DNA from: Gemmatimonadota bacterium
GTDB lineage: Bacteria; Gemmatimonadota; Gemmatimonadetes; Gemmatimonadales; Gemmatimonadaceae
NCBI GenBank assembly: GCA_016871915.1
Contig: VHBP01000003.1
Span: 11,905 to 75,904, forward strand
Direction: 5' to 3'
Length of the DNA: 64,000 nt
Both the position numbers and the translations under genes were made by a program. The notes under the pieces were generated by a model, which was given only the letters and a program-made list of their open reading frames with translations, ran no database searches and was not told where the DNA came from. Positions 39,557-49,256 of this stretch are shown here, piece by piece; the first letter of the stretch is position 1, and each line of letters opens with the position of its first letter.

Positions 39557-40537
39557 CTACTGCGCCTTCGCCCGCTTCACCGCCTCCGTCAGCACGGGGA
39601 GAATCTCGAGCACATCCCCCACCACGCCGTAGTCGGCCACCTTGAAGATCGGGGCCTCCTTGTCCTTGTTGATCGCCACGATCGTCTTGGAGGTCCGCAT
39701 CCCGGCGAGATGCTGGATCGCGCCGGAGATCCCACAGGCGATGTAGAGGTCGGGGCTCACGAGCCGCCCGGTCTGGCCGATCTGATCGGCGTGCGGGCGC
39801 CACCCGTCATCGGTGACGGCGCGCGTCGCACCGACCGCGGCGTTCCCGAAGGCGCCGGCGAGCGCCTCGACCAACGAGAAGTTCGCGGCCTCCTTGAGCC
39901 CGCGACCACCGGAGACGATCACCGGCGCCTCGCCGAGGTCGAGCTTCGCGGTGTTCCCCGCCGCGGTCTCGGTCACGCGCACGCGGCTCGCGGCGGGATC
40001 GGCCACCGGGGCCACCGCCTCGACCTCGCCCGCCTTGGCGTTCGCCACGGGGAGATAGGCCCCGGCACGCACCGAGAGGACCGCCGGCGACGCGGTGAGG
40101 GTGATCGACTGCAGGATCTTCCCCGTGTAACCGGGGTGGGTGACGGTGATCGCCTCCCCCTTCACCTCGAAGGCGGTGGCGTCGGCGGCCATCGGGACCT
40201 TCAACTTGGCCGCGACGCGCGGGGCGACATCCTTCCCCGTGGCCGACGCGGTGGCGACGCAGGCGCCATACCCGCTCATCTTCGCCGCGATCGTCGCGGC
40301 GACCGCCTCAGGATTGTTCTGCGCGAACCCCGCGTGCTCCACCACGAGCACACGGTCGGCGCCATGCGCACCGAGCGCGGCGGCATGCGCCCCGATGCCA
40401 GCGGCACCGAAGAGGATCGCGTGGACCTGGCCACCCCGCGCATCGGCGATGCGGCGGGCGGCGGTGACGGCTTCAAGGGCGGCGCGGCGGAGCTCACCAC
40501 CGCGCGACTCGGCGAATGCGAGGACGTGTGCGCTCAT
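39557..40537 (-). CDS. etfA: Electron transfer flavoprotein subunit alpha
   Basis: [37 protein letters not shown]. Confidence 0.95.
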   Translation of the reverse strand: MSAHVLAFAESRGGELRRAALEAVTAARRIADARGGQVHAILFGAAGIGAHAAALGAHGADRVLVVEHAGFAQNNPEAVAATIAAKMSGYGACVATASATGKDVAPRVAAKLKVPMAADATAFEVKGEAITVTHPGYTGKILQSITLTASPAVLSVRAGAYLPVANAKAGEVEAVAPVADPAASRVRVTETAAGNTAKLDLGEAPVIVSGGRGLKEAANFSLVEALAGAFGNAAVGATRAVTDDGWRPHADQIGQTGRLVSPDLYIACGISGAIQHLAGMRTSKTIVAINKDKEAPIFKVADYGVVGDVLEILPVLTEAVKRAKAQ

Positions 40538-41289
40538 CAGAGAACCTTCGCCTCTTCCTTGAGGAGACGGACGAGTTCGGGGACGGCGGCGGTGCCCTCC
40601 CCGATGATGCGGCCCGCGGCCCGCTCCGGCGGGAGCGCGAGGGCATCGAGCGAGAGCCGCACGGCCGGGAGCTGCGCAGGCTTCGTCTCGAGGGGCTTCT
40701 TCTTGGCGGCCATGATCCCCTTCAGCGAGGGGTAGCGGGGCCGCGCGATCCCTTCGTCGATCGTGACGACGGCGGGGAGCGCGCACTCGACGAGCTCGTA
40801 CGCTCCCTCGAGCTCGCGGCGCATCTTCGCGGTGCGGCCATCGAACTCGAGCTTCGAGATCGCGTTCACGCAGGGGAGGCCGAGCAGCTCGGCGACGATC
40901 GCGCCCGTCACACCATGCGCGGTGTCGATCGACATGCGCCCGAACATGATCAGGTCGTAGCCACCGTCCTTGAGCTCCGCGGCGAGCGCCGAGGCGATCG
41001 CGAAGGAGTCGACGTGCGTACCGTCGGCCTTGAGCTGCACCGCGCGGTCGGCGCCCATCGACATCGCCTTGCGCAGCGTCTCTTGCACGACGTCGCCGCC
41101 GAGGGAGATCACGACGACCTCACCGGCGTTGAGCTTCTCCTTGATCTGGAGCGCGGCCTCGACGGCATACCCGTCGAAGTCGGAGATGTCGAACTTGAGG
41201 CCCGCCTCGTCCACGGCGGTACCGGAGGGGGCGATCTTGAAGCGGACGTCCATATCGGGGACGCGCTTGAGGCAGACGGCGATTTTCAC
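40537..41289 (-). CDS. etfB: Electron transfer flavoprotein subunit beta
   Basis: VCLKRVPD, FDGYAVEAAL, MGADRA, RELEG, PRYPSLKGIMAAKKK. Confidence 0.95.
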   Translation of the reverse strand: MKIAVCLKRVPDMDVRFKIAPSGTAVDEAGLKFDISDFDGYAVEAALQIKEKLNAGEVVVISLGGDVVQETLRKAMSMGADRAVQLKADGTHVDSFAIASALAAELKDGGYDLIMFGRMSIDTAHGVTGAIVAELLGLPCVNAISKLEFDGRTAKMRRELEGAYELVECALPAVVTIDEGIARPRYPSLKGIMAAKKKPLETKPAQLPAVRLSLDALALPPERAAGRIIGEGTAAVPELVRLLKEEAKVL

Positions 41290-41371
41290 GAAGGGGTCCA
41301 GGTGAGCGACCCGCGAAAGCTACCGAGCGGTCCGGGGCGGTGGGAGTGAGGCGGGGGCGCCGTCCCCACCC

Positions 41372-42682
41372 TCACATGATCGGCGCGAGCTCGACCTCGG
41401 TCAGCGCCGCCCGGTACCGCCAGAGCACCAGGAGGGAGAGACCCGCGAAGGCGACCCCGCCCCAGGTCAGGAGGGTCGAGGCGCCACCCGTGAGCGCCAG
41501 GATGGCGCAGGCGACGCCGATCGCGACCAGCCGCGCGGTCTCGAGTGGCCGGGCCCATTTCGCCCGCTCGAACACCCCCGCCACCCCAGCCAACGCGACG
41601 ATCACGAAGAACGTCGCCGCCGCGAGCCCGGCATCGAGCCCCTGCGCGGCGGCCCGAAGGATGAAGAACGCCGCGACGAGAGCCGTCGCGAACTGGGCGA
41701 ACCCATAGGCCGCGAGTGGCGCCGGCACCGGCGGGTCGAACTTCTCGAAGGTCTCCCGTGATACCTCGGGCGGGCGTTCCGGGCCGCCGAGCGCCGCCGG
41801 CCGCCACCCGGGCCGCCCGAAGACGATCCGCAGGCGGTCGCCCCACGCCGGCGTCCGGCGGATGTCGCGCGCCATCTGCACGAACACGTGCAGGTTCGCC
41901 CAGAGCGGGTTCCAGCTCCGCAGTGGCTTCGTGATGCCGTAGACCGGCTCCTCCTCCTCCCGCTGGAAGGTGCCGAACCACCGATCGAAGACGATGAAGA
42001 CCCCGCCGTAGTTCTTGTCCTGATACTTCGGATTCACGCCGTGGTGCACCCGATGATGGCTCGGCGTGTTCAGCACCCACTCCGTGAGCCGCCCCATCGT
42101 CCCCACCGCTCGCGTGTGGATGATGAACTGGTAGATGAGGTTGAGGCCATGGCTTACGACGAAGAGCTGCCACGGCATCCCGATCAAGGCGAGCGGCAGG
42201 TAGAAGACCCACGTCATCGCCTTGCCGATCGACGCCTGCCGGAGCGCGACGGAGAGGTTGTACTCCTCGCTCTGGTGGTGCACCACGTGGCCCGCCCAGA
42301 GCACGTTCACCTCGTGCGACATCCGGTGCGACCAGTAATAGCAGAAATCCACGAGCACGAACGCCGCCACCCACGCGCCAAGCGCCGCGCCATCCACGGC
42401 CCAGGGGGGCGCCCCCTCACTGCGCAGGAAGATCGACCGGTTCGGCCACTCCGCGACGACCGCGAAGGCCCGCTGCAGTCGGAAATGATCCTGGACCCAG
42501 ATGAACGCGCCGAGGGTGAGCGCCTTGTCGAAGATCCCGGCCAGCTGGCTCAGCACCCCGCAGCTCAGGTCGGAGAGGGCGTCATTGAGGCGCGCGATGC
42601 GACGCCCCGTGCGCTGGCTCCAGAGGAGCTCCAGCACGATGCAGAGGAAGAAGAGCGGAATCGCGGCCTGGATGACGTGCAC
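41372..42682 (-). CDS. Fatty acid hydroxylase/sterol desaturase family, alkylglycerol monooxygenase (AGMO)-like
   Basis: GTG start 42682. His boxes [39 protein letters not shown]; C-terminal TM extension. Confidence 0.88.
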   Translation of the reverse strand: [436 protein letters not shown]

Positions 42683-42690
42683 GGGAGGAA

Positions 42691-42696
42691 TATAAT
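42691..42696 (+). promoter_or_regulatory. Possible sigma70 -10 box (TATAAT) in the divergent desaturase/SDR spacer
   Basis: Perfect TATAAT 31 nt before the SDR ATG in a high-GC background; no -35 identified. Confidence 0.35.
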
Positions 42697-42727
42697 GCCG
42701 CCCCGCGTGGGCGGTTACCTTTGCCCG

Positions 42728-43525
42728 ATGACGCAGACCGCCACCCGCCCCCTCGCCATCGTCACCGGCGCCTCCGCCGGCCTCGGCCGCGAGTTCGCCG
42801 CCCAGCTCGCCGCCCGCGGCTTCGACCTGCTCCTCGTCGCACGCGACGGCGCCCGGCTCGCCGAGCTCGGCGCCGAGCTCTCGACGCGCCACGGGATCGT
42901 CACGGAGCCCTTCCCCTGCGATCTGAGCAAGACCGATGAGGTGACGCGGCTCTGTGAGCGGCTCGCCTCGGACGCACGCATCACCGTGCTCGTGAACAAC
43001 GCCGGCTTCGGGACCAAGGGGAAGCTCGCGAATCGCCCCGAGCGGGAGCAGGTCGGGATGCTCGACCTCCATGTGCAGGCGGCGATGCGCCTCACGCAGT
43101 CCGCGCTCCCCGGGATGATCCAGCGGAAGCAGGGACGGATCATCGTCGTCGCCTCCGTGGCCTCGTTCACCGCGAGCCCGGGGAACGTGAACTACTGCGC
43201 GACCAAGGCGTACCAGCGCGTCTTCTGCGAGGGGCTCGCGATGGAGCTCCAGGGGACCAGTGTCGCCGTGCAGGCGCTCTGCCCCGGCTTCACCCACACC
43301 GAGTTCCATGACCGCGCGGGGATCGACAAGTCGGTCGGGATCCCCGCCTTCCTGTGGCTCGACGCCGACCGTGTGGTGCGCGAGTCGCTCGACGCGATCT
43401 TCGGTGGCGGACCGGTGGTCGTCGTCCCCGGGAAGCGCTACCAGCTGATCGTCCTCGCCCTGCGCTACATGCCGCAGTGGGTGCGGCGCATCCTGCAGGG
43501 CCGCTACGGCAAAGCGCGGACCTGA
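42728..43525 (+). CDS. Short-chain dehydrogenase/reductase
   Basis: TGASAGLG, NNAG, YCATK (YxxxK), ALCPG. Confidence 0.92.
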   Translation: MTQTATRPLAIVTGASAGLGREFAAQLAARGFDLLLVARDGARLAELGAELSTRHGIVTEPFPCDLSKTDEVTRLCERLASDARITVLVNNAGFGTKGKLANRPEREQVGMLDLHVQAAMRLTQSALPGMIQRKQGRIIVVASVASFTASPGNVNYCATKAYQRVFCEGLAMELQGTSVAVQALCPGFTHTEFHDRAGIDKSVGIPAFLWLDADRVVRESLDAIFGGGPVVVVPGKRYQLIVLALRYMPQWVRRILQGRYGKART

Positions 43526-43567
43526 ACCCAGGTCCGCGCTCGCAGCTCCCGCTCACTTCCGAGGCGC

Positions 43568-44803
43568 TTACCCCCCGAAGGCGTTCAACCCCGTCACGGC
43601 CTGGCCGAGGATGAGGGAGTGGATGTCGTGCGTCCCCTCGTAGGTGTAGACGCTCTCGAGGTTCGCCATGTGCCGCATGCTCGCGTACTCGGCGACGATC
43701 CCGTTCCCCCCGAGGAGCCGCCGCGCCTCACGCGCGATGTCTGACGCGATGTTGACGTTGTTGCGCTTGGCGAAGGAGACCTGCTGCGGGGTGAAGGTCC
43801 CAATGTCCTTCATGCGGCCGAGGTGGAGGGAGACGAGCTGCCCCTTCACGATCTCGGTGAGCATGTCGGCGAGCCGCACCTGCTGGATCTGGAAGCCGCC
43901 GATCGGACGCCCGAACATCACGCGCTCCTTGGAATAGGAGAGCGCCTCCTCGTAGCAGGCCATCGCGGCGCCGAGGGCGCCCCACGAGATGCCGTATCGC
44001 GCCTGCGTGAGGCACATGAGGGGGCTCTTGAGGCCGCCGCTCTTGGGGAGGATCGCGTCAGCGGGGAGATGGACGTTGTCGAAGACGAGCTCGCTCGTGT
44101 CCGAGGCGCGGAGGGAGAGCTTCCCCTTCTGATCCTTCGCCTTGAAGCCCTTCGCGTTGGTGGGGACAAGGAAGCCGCGGATGCTCTTCCCGCTCTCGTC
44201 ACCATCTTCCGTCTTCGCCCAGACCACGGCCACCCGCGCGGTGGAGCCGTTGGTGATCCACATCTTCGCGCCGTTCAGGATCCAGGTCCCGTCGGCCTGC
44301 TGCCGCGCGCGAGTGATCATCCCCGCCGGATTGGAGCCGTAGTCGGGCTCGGTGAGGCCGAAGCACCCGATCACCTCCCCGGTCGCCATCTTCGGGAGGT
44401 AGTGACGCTTCTGCTCCTCGGAGCCGAAGGCGTAGATGGGATACATGACGAGGGCGCCCTGCACCGAGGCGAAGGAGCGGATCCCGGAGTCGCCACGCTC
44501 GAGCTCCTGCATGATGAGCCCGTACATCACGTTGTTGAGGCCGGCGCAGCCGTACTCCTCCGGGAGGTTCGCCCCGAAATAGCCGTTGGCCCCCATCTCC
44601 GCGATCAGTTCCTTGGGGAAGCGCCCTTCCACATAGCACTGGCCGATGATCGGGAGGACCTTCTCGTCGACGAAGGCGCGGACCGAATCGCGAACCGCGC
44701 GTTCCTCTTCGGTGAGGGCGGCGTCGAGGTTGAAGAGGTCCCCCTCGCGCGGGGTGAGCTGCGGCGAGGGGAGATAGGTCGGGGTCGAGAGCTCGGTGGC
44801 CAT
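43568..44803 (-). CDS. Acyl-CoA dehydrogenase, glutaryl-CoA dehydrogenase-like
   Basis: ELERGDSGIRS, GCFGLTEPDYGS, NGAKMWITN, KRNN, YTYEGTHDIH. Confidence 0.88.
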   Translation of the reverse strand: MATELSTPTYLPSPQLTPREGDLFNLDAALTEEERAVRDSVRAFVDEKVLPIIGQCYVEGRFPKELIAEMGANGYFGANLPEEYGCAGLNNVMYGLIMQELERGDSGIRSFASVQGALVMYPIYAFGSEEQKRHYLPKMATGEVIGCFGLTEPDYGSNPAGMITRARQQADGTWILNGAKMWITNGSTARVAVVWAKTEDGDESGKSIRGFLVPTNAKGFKAKDQKGKLSLRASDTSELVFDNVHLPADAILPKSGGLKSPLMCLTQARYGISWGALGAAMACYEEALSYSKERVMFGRPIGGFQIQQVRLADMLTEIVKGQLVSLHLGRMKDIGTFTPQQVSFAKRNNVNIASDIAREARRLLGGNGIVAEYASMRHMANLESVYTYEGTHDIHSLILGQAVTGLNAFGG

Positions 44804-44878
44804 GGCAGGTGGGGATGGAGACAGCTGATAAGTTACCTCTGAGGGCCCACGAGGACCCACCCCGACTCAGTCCAGTCC

Positions 44879-46576
44879 GTGTCCCACTCCGTCCCGCTGA
44901 TCGCGACCGTCGCCGCGGCCTTCGCCCTCGCCCTCGGGCTGGGGGTGATCGCCTTGCGGCTGGGTATCCCGGCGATCGTGGGGTATGTGCTGGCCGGGGT
45001 CCTGATCGGGCCGACGACCCCCGGGTTCCAGGGAGATATCGAGATCGTCCGGCAGTTGGCGGAGATCGGGGTGATGCTCCTGATGTTCGGGGTGGGGCTG
45101 CACCTCTCGCTCGAGGAGCTCTACGCCGTGCGGCGGATCGCCGCGCCGGGGGCCCTGATCCAGATCACCCTTGCGGCACTCCTGGGCGCGGGGCTCGCCC
45201 ATCTCTGGGGCTGGGATACGGGGGCGGCGATCGTCTTCGGCCTCTCGGTCTCGGTCGCCTCCACGGTGGTGCTCATGCGGGCGCTCGAGAGCCGACGCGC
45301 GCTAGAGACACTCACCGGGCGGATCGCGGTCGGGTGGTTGATCGTGCAGGACGTGGTGATGGTGTTAGTGCTCGTCTTGCTACCACCCCTAGCAACGCTC
45401 TTCGGTGGGACCGCAGCCGGTGCGGCAACGCTCGCCGCGCCGGAGTCGCTGCTCACGAGCCTCGCCGTGACGCTCGGGAGCGTGGTGATCTTCATCGCGC
45501 TCATGCTCGTGGTGGGGCGTCGCCTCTTCCCTTGGCTCCTCTGGCAGGTGGCGCGCACCGGCTCGCGCGAGCTCTTCATCCTCTCGATCATCGTGACGGC
45601 GGTCGGGATCTCCTATCTCGCCGGTGAGCTCTTCGGCGTCTCCTACGCCCTCGGCGCCTTCGTCGCCGGGCTGGTGCTCCAAGGCTCGGAGCTGAGCCAG
45701 CGCGCGGCGGACGAGAGCCTCCCGCTGCGCGATGCCTTCGCGGTGCTCTTCTTCGTCTCGGTCGGGATGCTCTTCGATCCCACCATCGTGGTGGAGCATC
45801 CGCTCGAGCTACTCGCGGTGGTGGGGCTCATTCTCGGCGTGACGCCGTTGGTCACGACGCTCCTCATGGTGGCGGGGCGCTATCCGCTGAGCAGCGCACT
45901 CACCGTCGGCGCGAGCCTCGCCCAGATCGGTGAATTCTCCTTCATCGTCGCCGGGATGGGGGTCTCCCTCGGGCTCCTCCCGATCGAGGGGCAGAACCTG
46001 ATCCTCGCGACGGCGGTGATCACCATCTCGCTTAATCCGATCGTCTTCTCGACGATCGAACCGGTGCGTCGCTGGATCCTCACGCGCTCGCGCCTCGCCC
46101 GCATCATGGACCGGAGCGCCGACCGGCTCGCTGAGCTCCCGCACTCGATCTCCCCGGAGCGGCTCACCGGGCATGTGTTGATCGTCGGCTACGGGCGCGT
46201 CGGGAAGCGGATCGGCGATGCGTTGCGCGCGCGCGGCACGGAGATCGTGGTGGCCGAGGAGAATCGCCAGATCGTCTCCGATCTCCGCTCGGCGGGAATC
46301 GCGGCGGTCTGTGGCAATGCGAGCGATCCCGCGGTGCTCATCCAGGCGCATGTGGCCCGAGCGAAGGCGCTGGTGATCGCGACCCCCGATGCCGCCGCAG
46401 CGCGTGCGATGCTCGATACCGCACTCAAGCTCAACCCTGAGGTCACCGTCGTGGTCCGCACGCACGACGACGATGAGCGGACGCTGCTGAAGGGCCTCGC
46501 CCCGCAGGGCGCGATCTTCATGGGTGAAGAGGAGCTGGCGCGGGGGATGCTCACCGCGGTCGAGCAGGCGCTGTAA
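44879..46576 (+). CDS. CPA2 cation:proton antiporter with TrkA-N domain (YbaL/Kef-like)
   Basis: LAEIGVMLLMFGVGL, SVASTVV, LGAFVAG, LAQIGEFSF, VGYGRVG. Confidence 0.92.
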   Translation: MSHSVPLIATVAAAFALALGLGVIALRLGIPAIVGYVLAGVLIGPTTPGFQGDIEIVRQLAEIGVMLLMFGVGLHLSLEELYAVRRIAAPGALIQITLAALLGAGLAHLWGWDTGAAIVFGLSVSVASTVVLMRALESRRALETLTGRIAVGWLIVQDVVMVLVLVLLPPLATLFGGTAAGAATLAAPESLLTSLAVTLGSVVIFIALMLVVGRRLFPWLLWQVARTGSRELFILSIIVTAVGISYLAGELFGVSYALGAFVAGLVLQGSELSQRAADESLPLRDAFAVLFFVSVGMLFDPTIVVEHPLELLAVVGLILGVTPLVTTLLMVAGRYPLSSALTVGASLAQIGEFSFIVAGMGVSLGLLPIEGQNLILATAVITISLNPIVFSTIEPVRRWILTRSRLARIMDRSADRLAELPHSISPERLTGHVLIVGYGRVGKRIGDALRARGTEIVVAEENRQIVSDLRSAGIAAVCGNASDPAVLIQAHVARAKALVIATPDAAAARAMLDTALKLNPEVTVVVRTHDDDERTLLKGLAPQGAIFMGEEELARGMLTAVEQAL

Positions 46577-46583
46577 GTCGCTA

Positions 46584-46601
46584 GCGCGTCACCAGACGCG
46601 C
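46584..46601. terminator. Hairpin between convergent genes (gcgcgtc-acca-gacgcgc)
   Basis: Perfect 7-bp GC stem with a 4-nt loop in the 35-bp spacer; no U-tract. Confidence 0.35.
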
Positions 46602-46611
46602 GCCACGCGTG

Positions 46612-47361
46612 CTAACAGACTGCGCGCTTCGCGCTGGGGATCGCCCCCACCTCGCGACACTTCCGGCGGAACTCCGCCCCATGGTCGATCGGGAGCCCCT
46701 GCTCATGCTGCCACTGATGCACCATCTCGTGCAGCAGGGTCTCGAGCGCCGCCGCGAACCCATCACGCGCGACATGCCGCGCGGAGATCGCGATCTCCGC
46801 CCCGCCCCCTTCCACTGCCGGCGCAAAATGCCCGAGGCGGCGCATCATCCGTCGTGACACGCGGATCGGCACCAGGGCGAGCTGCGCGCCGAACCGCTCC
46901 CCATTGAGCCGCGTGTACCACTCGGCCAACCGCTCGGCCAATGGCTCGTCCTCGGGGTGCGTGCGCTCTGGCGCGCGGCGCGGACGGCTGTTCCGCGCGA
47001 GGGGATAGCTGACGAGCGCCTCGCGCGCCGTCTGCCGTTCCCACGGCTTCTTCGCCATCACGAAGCGGACGATCTGGACATGAATCTCCGTCGGCGCGTC
47101 GACATACCCTTCATGCACCCGCAAGTCGAACCCCTTCACACTCACGAGGACGGAGCGGTTCCGCGTGAGCACCACGCGGCGCACATGCTGGAGCCCGAGC
47201 GAGCGCAGTTTCTCGAAGAAGCGCTCGGCGATGCGCGCGGCCTCCTCCGCCTCCCACGGCTCTTCCTGCGATGCGTCGGGCGCGGTCTCTTCAACGGCGG
47301 TCGACGCCACGGGATCGTCGAAGCCGAAGCCGAGCTGCAGGGTCTCAGTCGGCGGGGTCAT
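46612..47361 (-). CDS. SprT-like zinc metalloprotease domain protein
   Basis: RRLGHF, EIAIS, LLHEMVHQWQH (HExxH), HGAEFRRKC. Confidence 0.82.
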   Translation of the reverse strand: MTPPTETLQLGFGFDDPVASTAVEETAPDASQEEPWEAEEAARIAERFFEKLRSLGLQHVRRVVLTRNRSVLVSVKGFDLRVHEGYVDAPTEIHVQIVRFVMAKKPWERQTAREALVSYPLARNSRPRRAPERTHPEDEPLAERLAEWYTRLNGERFGAQLALVPIRVSRRMMRRLGHFAPAVEGGGAEIAISARHVARDGFAAALETLLHEMVHQWQHEQGLPIDHGAEFRRKCREVGAIPSAKRAVC

Positions 47362-48176
47362 CGTGCGAAGACCCGGTCCTGCCGCGGGACGTAGTCCTGC
47401 GCGGCCGCCTCCCACACACAGGCGCGCAGGGTGACCGCGTCCGGCGCGACCTCGATCTCCTGCACCGCCGAGGGGAGCCCGCCACGTGTGCGCCCACAGA
47501 GCGTCGTGGCGTGCGAGACGATCATCGTGCGTCCCTCGACCTGCATCGCCTCGATGCGGGTCTGATGGTCGTGTCCGTTGAGCACGAGGTCGGCGCCGGT
47601 CGCGACGGCGCGCGCGATCCCGTCGGCACGATCGACGAGTCCCCAGCGCCGCGAGAGGTCGCCGCGCAGGAGGTTGTGATGGAAGACGAGGACGCGGAGA
47701 TCACCGGCGGGGGCGGCGGCGAACCGCGCGCGCGCGTGGGCCCACTGCGCCGGCCGGATCGCCCCGACGACGCTGAGGTCGCGCGCCCGTGTCGTGAGCG
47801 TATACGGGCGCACCCCATGACAGGAGTTGAGCCCGACGAGGGTGACGCCGGGGAGTTGGAGCGTGGGCTCGAGCTCCGCGCTGATCCATTTGCGATAGCC
47901 GCGCAGGAGGGGCCACTCCGACCCGAGCCCCACCGGCTTCCACCACCACGCCACATCATGATTGCCTGGGACGACGAGCACCGCCGTGTGCGCCCGGAGC
48001 TGATCGAGCCACGCCGCCGCCGCTCGGAACTGCCAGCGAAAGTTGCGCTGCGTGAGATCCCCACAGACCACCACGGCATCGTAGCGACCGTCGGCCACCC
48101 GATGCGTGACGGCGTCGATCTGCACCGGGATCGCATGCCGTCCGAAGTGGACGTCGGAGAGCTGGAGGAGACGCAA
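47358..48176 (-). CDS. Metallophosphoesterase (Icc/CpdA-like)
   Basis: LSDVHFG, CGDLTQ, PGNHD, FHH, NGHDH; TTG start. Confidence 0.88.
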   Translation of the reverse strand: MRLLQLSDVHFGRHAIPVQIDAVTHRVADGRYDAVVVCGDLTQRNFRWQFRAAAAWLDQLRAHTAVLVVPGNHDVAWWWKPVGLGSEWPLLRGYRKWISAELEPTLQLPGVTLVGLNSCHGVRPYTLTTRARDLSVVGAIRPAQWAHARARFAAAPAGDLRVLVFHHNLLRGDLSRRWGLVDRADGIARAVATGADLVLNGHDHQTRIEAMQVEGRTMIVSHATTLCGRTRGGLPSAVQEIEVAPDAVTLRACVWEAAAQDYVPRQDRVFAR

Positions 48177-48177
48177 A

Positions 48178-48205
48178 CCAGGGATCAGGTGGCAGGAGTC
48201 AGAGC
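48178..48205 (-). repeat. Short heptamer array (gctctga ctcctgc cacctga tccctgg) in the icd-phosphoesterase spacer
   Basis: Shares an exact 16-mer (cctgccacctgatccc) with 21320-21335. Confidence 0.6.
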
Positions 48206-49221
48206 TTCGCGATCACCGCATCGGTGTACTGGGCGGTGGTCGCGGTGCCCCCGACGTCACGGGTGACCATGCGCCCCTCGCGCAACGTCGCCTCGATCGC
48301 GGCACGGAGGCGCGTGGCGCGCGCCTCCTCGCCGATGTGATCGAGCAACTGACACCCGGCGAGCATCACCGCCGTCGGATTCGCGACCCCCTGCCCCGCG
48401 ATGTCTGGGGCGGTGCCATGCACCGCCTCGAAGATCGCCGCCGTCTCGCCGATGTTCGCGCCCGGCGTGAGTCCGAGCCCGCCGACCAACCCCGAGGTGA
48501 GGTCGGAGAGGATGTCGCCGAAGAGATTCGTCGTGACGATCACGTCGAAGCGCTCGGGCCGCATCACGAGCTCCATCGCGCACGCATCGACGATCTTATC
48601 GTCGAAGGCGACGCGCCCCTCGTACTCCGCCGCGACCTTCCGCCCGGTCTCGAGAAAGAGTCCCTGCGAGTACTTGAGGATGTTCGCCTTGTGCACGAGG
48701 GTCACGCGCTTCCGGCCATGACGCACTGCATGCTCGAAGGCATAGCGCACGATCCGCTCCGCCCCGTTGCGCGTGACCACGGCCACCGACTGTGCGATCG
48801 CATGCGGATCGTCCCCGACCTTCACATAGTTCTCGATCCCGACATAGAGCCCTTCGGTGTTCTCGCGGACGAGAATCACGTCGACGTCCTGGAACCGGTT
48901 CCCCGGCAGCACCGACTTAGCCGGGCGCAGATTGGCGTAGAGATCGAACTCCTTCCGCAGCGCGACGTTGATCGAGCGGAACCCCTTCCCCACCGGGGTC
49001 TCGAGCGGCCCCTTGAGGGCGAGCGTGGTGCGCTTGATCGACTCGAGCGTCGCCTCAGGAAGCGGATCCCCATGCGCCTTCACCGCCGCCATCCCAGCGA
49101 CCTTGCGGTCCCAGGTGAGCGGCGCGCCCGCCGCCTCGAGCACGCGGACGGTGGCATCGGTGATATCGGGGCCGATCCCGTCACCGGGGATCAGGGTCAC
49201 TTGGCGGGGGGAGGCGGTCAC
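48199..49221 (-). CDS. icd: Isocitrate/isopropylmalate dehydrogenase family, probably NAD-dependent isocitrate dehydrogenase
   Basis: PGDGIGP, LKGPLETP...SINVALRK, RENTEGLY, HKANI, NLFGDILSD, EAVHGTAPDIAG. Confidence 0.85.
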   Translation of the reverse strand: MTASPRQVTLIPGDGIGPDITDATVRVLEAAGAPLTWDRKVAGMAAVKAHGDPLPEATLESIKRTTLALKGPLETPVGKGFRSINVALRKEFDLYANLRPAKSVLPGNRFQDVDVILVRENTEGLYVGIENYVKVGDDPHAIAQSVAVVTRNGAERIVRYAFEHAVRHGRKRVTLVHKANILKYSQGLFLETGRKVAAEYEGRVAFDDKIVDACAMELVMRPERFDVIVTTNLFGDILSDLTSGLVGGLGLTPGANIGETAAIFEAVHGTAPDIAGQGVANPTAVMLAGCQLLDHIGEEARATRLRAAIEATLREGRMVTRDVGGTATTAQYTDAVIAKL

Positions 49222-49256
49222 GTCAGCAGAGGGAACGAGAGAGAAGGAGGAGCCCG

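Noticed and set aside
41346-41375. Imperfect hairpin GTGAGG..GGGG/CCCC..CCTCAC between the desaturase and etfB
   Set aside because: It has internal mismatches and no U-tract, which is expected by chance at this GC content.
42683-43309. 209-aa N-terminal extension of the desaturase ORF (and similar extensions on icd, etfA, mobA, gpmI, sigma)
   Set aside because: The extensions overlap neighbouring genes and have shadow-ORF composition. Downstream starts with stop/start overlaps or domain boundaries fit better.
43526-43567. Possible second heptamer family (cgcgctc gcagctc ccgctc) between the SDR and the acyl-CoA dehydrogenase
   Set aside because: There are only three units with irregular spacing, which is too weak to support.
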